In this document: piece by piece, positions 60,685-64,000 of the stretch | Numbering within the stretch: position 1 is the first letter of the stretch | Layout of the letters: each line of letters begins with the position of its first letter | NCBI GenBank assembly: GCA_963737905.1 | Contig: CAVTUQ010000007.1 | Span: forward strand, 352,001-416,000 | Reading direction: 5' to 3' | DNA from: an uncultured delta proteobacterium | GTDB lineage: Bacteria > Desulfobacterota > Binatia > UBA9968 | DNA length: 64,000 bases | Position numbers and translations under genes: made by a program | Notes under the pieces: model-generated | Seen by the model: the letters and a program-made list of their open reading frames with translations, nothing else | What the model was told of the DNA's origin: nothing | Databases searched by the model: none

Positions 60685-61041
60685 GATGAATACGGGCTAA
60701 AAAGCGTCTCAAATTTGCTACAGGAAGAGTAGCAAATTTGATTCAATTGAAAAGGAAATGTTGAAAAAGTCTTGGCATACATCAGTTCGATGAAACGAAA
60801 GCACATTGAAATCCTTGAATTCCACAAGAGGTGGCGTGCTATTTTCAGCATCTCAACTGTAATCTTCAGCCAAAGCCAGACTGGGCACGCTTTTTAGCTT
60901 TCATTGCTGCCAGTGCAACTTAACGAGGAGATATGAGAACCGACTGCGGTCGCGCAAGGTGCACCTAGCATGATGTTTCGTAAATCAGTCGACGTTTGGC
61001 GTTGTGAGAATTTCGTTCCTCTGATCAGGGCTTATTTCCTA

Positions 61042-62043
61042 TTAGTCTGCATAGAGTCGGTCTATGAATCCGCTTCGCTCAAGTTCATCGATGAACGACG
61101 AATCAGTAATGTCGGATTCCTTCAGCGACACCGCGGCCGGGTATTTCTTCACAAGAAAGTGACGCAACGACTGCATTTCTGGAAATGATGGCCGCGGAAC
61201 CCGTTGAAATACCGGTACGTGAAAGGCGTGCAGTTCCTCCGCCGCTTTTCGATCCTCGATCTTCAAGTAGCGTTGCAACAAAGGCACCACGATGTCCGGC
61301 CGCGTCTTAAACAAATGAATCGTCTCGACGAAACCCTTCATGACGTTCATCACAAGCTCGCGGTTGGAAGCGATCAACTTCCGCGTGGTCGCGAATATGG
61401 ACGGCGTATCGAAGGAAGACATCGGAAAGGCATTCCAGCCGTAGCGAACTTGGCCGCTAAAGCGCAGATCGATCGGCAGCGCTCCCGCGTCGATTTCTCC
61501 GGATGCCAATGCATCATAGATTCGCTCGAATTTGATTAAGGGCAGGTAGATTGCAGTGGCGCCCGCTTTCTCGATCGTGATCCGGGTCGCCACGCTGGTC
61601 TGTCCGGTGTCAGTCAGCACTCCGACTTTCTTTCCGCCGAGCTGTGCCAATTGAGTGATCTCCTTCCTGGTCATGACGAAGGACATCGGGAAGACCGATG
61701 TGGGCGTCGCCAGGATCACCACGTCCCGGCCTTTGAGGACTTCTTCCGCCACTGGCACGGTTCCGGTGTGGGCGAACTCCCAATCGCCGCGGACGAGCCC
61801 GCCCGCAGCCTCCGGACCTCCGACCGCAATGGCCGGCAGGGTCATGTCGATCCCTCGCTTTTTGAAGAGACCGGCTTCGGCTCCGAGCCAAGCGGTACTT
61901 TGCCAGGTTGCTAGCAGCCCGGTTGCGACTCGAACACGCTGTGAAGTCGTCGAAGAGCCTTGCGCCCGCGCGAAGTGCGCAGCGGCCGGAAGCACGGCAG
62001 CTGCCGCAGCGAGACGCAAAAAATTGCGGCGACAAAGTTTCAT
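61042..62043 (-). CDS. NitT/TauT (NMT1-like) ABC substrate-binding protein with Tat signal
   Basis: AGGAGG RBS; RRNFL Tat motif; EAGLFKKRGID, ALASGEIDA, DSSFIDELERSGFI. Confidence 0.85.
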   Translation of the reverse strand: MKLCRRNFLRLAAAAAVLPAAAHFARAQGSSTTSQRVRVATGLLATWQSTAWLGAEAGLFKKRGIDMTLPAIAVGGPEAAGGLVRGDWEFAHTGTVPVAEEVLKGRDVVILATPTSVFPMSFVMTRKEITQLAQLGGKKVGVLTDTGQTSVATRITIEKAGATAIYLPLIKFERIYDALASGEIDAGALPIDLRFSGQVRYGWNAFPMSSFDTPSIFATTRKLIASNRELVMNVMKGFVETIHLFKTRPDIVVPLLQRYLKIEDRKAAEELHAFHVPVFQRVPRPSFPEMQSLRHFLVKKYPAAVSLKESDITDSSFIDELERSGFIDRLYAD

Positions 62044-62250
62044 GGTGTCCTCCTGGCCAACGCGGAGCACGGCGCCGCATCTCATGATGCCCAACTATTA
62101 AGTGAACTGCCGGCTCTTCCGGCGGCGTATTCGGGATCACTGCATCTTAGAGGAGCAAAATCTGCTGCGATATCCTTTCAACAAGGCGACCTTTTCAACC
62201 TTCTCCCGGCAGCGCAACTGACTGTTAATCCTTTCTAGAAACGGGATCAA

Positions 62251-62269
62251 GTCAGCTGTTCAGCTGACA
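62251..62269. repeat. palindromic direct repeat, right copy
   Basis: GTCAGCTG-TT-CAGCTGAC-A; matches 48681-48699. Confidence 0.6.
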
Positions 62270-62492
62270 CCTCGGAAAGTAGGACCAACAGGGTCTTTAC
62301 CATCGGCCTTTGGTTCGATGGGGCGGGCCATCAGGCTCAAAATAGTGAACGTGATCGCCCATTAGCACATGCGCATAGAGCCGGTAACCAAATCGCACGG
62401 AAGGCGGTGCAGGCCACTGCCTTGACTTCTTCTGCCTTGTCGGGATATCTCGGGCTTAGCGATAGTCATCTCCCGCTCTTTGAGACACTCCT

Positions 62493-63245
62493 ATGCTGAC
62501 CGATAACCCGAAAGGCAATTTTAGGTTCATCACAGGCATTGCCCCTTTTTCTTTCGGCGTCGTCGCGAACCCGGGCTATGAGATTGTGCACGTGACCTTT
62601 CATCCTCTTCCCCACTTGCAGAGAGGCTTCACCTTGATTGAGCGCCATCTGCAGAGCCTGCAGCGACCATTGCAAGCGTTGTGTGGCATGGAGTTACGTA
62701 TTTCTAGTCCGCTTTCGCCCCAAGCCTTCGACGAGTTCAACCAGCCTTACATTGAGAAGCTCGCGAGCTGGAACATGTTGGTTGACGGCCTCAATCCGGT
62801 GGCGCGGAGTAATCTCGCTCTTGCTGTCAATCCCGTCCATGAGCCGTCGGTTTACGGATTCTCTTACACTGTGCCTGCATCTCGGGAAGGTACCACTTTT
62901 CTTGTGGCCGGCACCCCTGAAGTGCGGGCGAGATCGGGGGCCGAACGCGATATTGTCGCTCCGGGTGATGTCTCGCCGGTCGGGTTGCGGCAAAAAGCCG
63001 CGTATGTCCTCGAAGCCTTGACGGCGCGGTTGCGGGAGCTACAGGTTACCTGGACAGAGGTCACTACCGTCGAGGTTTATACGGTGCACGATCTCTATCC
63101 TGTACTGGCAACCACGCTTCTCCCCGCCTTGCAGGGCGCGGGTCGCCACGGCATCCGCTGGCATTACGCCCGTCCGCCTGTGATCGAGGTGGAATACGAG
63201 ATGGACGTGCGCGGGGTGCACCACGAATTGATCTTGCCAGGATAA
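62493..63245 (+). CDS. CnbZ-like (2-amino-5-chloromuconate deaminase/RidA-related) protein
   Basis: GNFRFI.GI.PFS.GV, LCGMELR, NPVARSN, RPPV..EYEMDVRGV recalled family motifs. Confidence 0.7.
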   Translation: MLTDNPKGNFRFITGIAPFSFGVVANPGYEIVHVTFHPLPHLQRGFTLIERHLQSLQRPLQALCGMELRISSPLSPQAFDEFNQPYIEKLASWNMLVDGLNPVARSNLALAVNPVHEPSVYGFSYTVPASREGTTFLVAGTPEVRARSGAERDIVAPGDVSPVGLRQKAAYVLEALTARLRELQVTWTEVTTVEVYTVHDLYPVLATTLLPALQGAGRHGIRWHYARPPVIEVEYEMDVRGVHHELILPG

Positions 63246-63431
63246 CCCGCGAAAAAACTTCAATACACTTGGCCGGTGCAGTGTGGTCGTTAATCTCAAT
63301 TATCGTGAACCGGTCTTCGCCGACGAAATTCCAGCCGTGCATTAATCGTGCGAGCGAAGCGAATGCCCTGAACATCGCGAGGCTGCTGCACCCACGTCTT
63401 CTGGTAAGCCGTGGACCAGCTCGCAGGGATA

Positions 63432-63627
63432 TCAGGGCTTCTGCGTAGACCCCTTCTCCCTGATCGCAGCACGGACCTTGCTAGCAACGTCGGGTGGAAA
63501 TCTGCTGAAGCCCGTGAGCTGTCTTCGCGTGTTCTGCCGCCTTGGCCATCACTTCAGCCTCGTCCTTGCCCTCCATAACGGCCTGGCAACCCGGCATCAA
63601 ATCTCCGCATCTGAGTTCCTTAGCCAT
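63432..63627 (-). CDS. DUF1059 small metal-binding protein (+1 T frameshift near 63499; absent from the ORF track)
   Basis: AAGGAGG RBS; MAKELRCGDLMPGC..EAEVMAKAAEHAKTAHG.., then PPDVASKVRAAIRE in the next frame. Confidence 0.8.
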
Positions 63628-63654
63628 ATCGCCTCCTTTCTTCCTTCGAACCGA

Positions 63655-64000
63655 TTAAAACTCCATCAGGTCTTTGGCGACCAGCACCTGGCCGGAAAAG
63701 TGTTTCTTCACCTCCTCGGCCCATGACGTGTAATCTTCAGTACCGACCCTCTGGGTCAGGTGCGACAGCACCACGGTCTTGACATTGGCGCGTGTCGCCA
63801 TCGTCGCAATATCGTCCAGCGTCATATGACCCTGAGTGGCCTGTCGCATAATGCCTTCCTGCTCTGCAGGGGTCATGGCTTGCCAACGGCCGTCATTGAT
63901 CATCATTTGCTTCCGATCCTCGCACGAAGAAGTTTCGGTGACGAGTACATCGGCGCCTTTCGCAAGTTCGGTGACGGCATCGCTTGGGCCGGTATCCCCA
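63655..64000 (-). CDS. MBL-fold metallo-hydrolase (RNase Z/arylsulfatase-like), C-terminal part, truncated by the window edge
   Basis: GDTGPS..LAKGADVLVTE, GH, VVLSHL, VAKDLMEF. Confidence 0.85.
   Translation of the reverse strand, partial: GDTGPSDAVTELAKGADVLVTETSSCEDRKQMMINDGRWQAMTPAEQEGIMRQATQGHMTLDDIATMATRANVKTVVLSHLTQRVGTEDYTSWAEEVKKHFSGQVLVAKDLMEF

Overview
Bacterial chromosomal window. Gene content and order suggest a soil deltaproteobacterium-like lineage such as Candidatus Binatia (inference only). It has three zones. (1) 1-11.7 kb: an accessory mosaic (ABC_sub_bind-type SBP, thiolase plus flavoprotein, a GT2/methyltransferase/GT-C module, a cyanovirin-N-like lectin, gene remnants), punctuated by a ~70-78 bp repeat with terminal inverted repeats. 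(2) 11.8-48.1 kb: mostly housekeeping and catabolic genes (miaB, coxD/E-like pair, glpX, apgM, hom, alaC, recG, carAB, an unusual PyrB-PyrI(Zn)-PyrR fusion, pyrR with its attenuator, nbaC, a Mo-hydroxylase large subunit, UbiD, MFS, a Liv-type ABC transporter). (3) 48.7-62.3 kb: bracketed by a palindromic 19-bp direct repeat, it holds a tandem array of nine divergent orphan ABC_sub_bind paralogs. These are joined by reusable junction modules (3' tail + heptamer-repeat hairpin + signal peptide) and interspersed with tail-only 'empty' slots, a BrnT/CopG toxin-antitoxin pair and a four-helix-bundle gene. Zone 3 looks like a cassette-shuffling system for binding proteins, but no recombinase is visible in the window. 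Many single-base frameshifts suggest assembly indel errors, so pseudogene calls are provisional.
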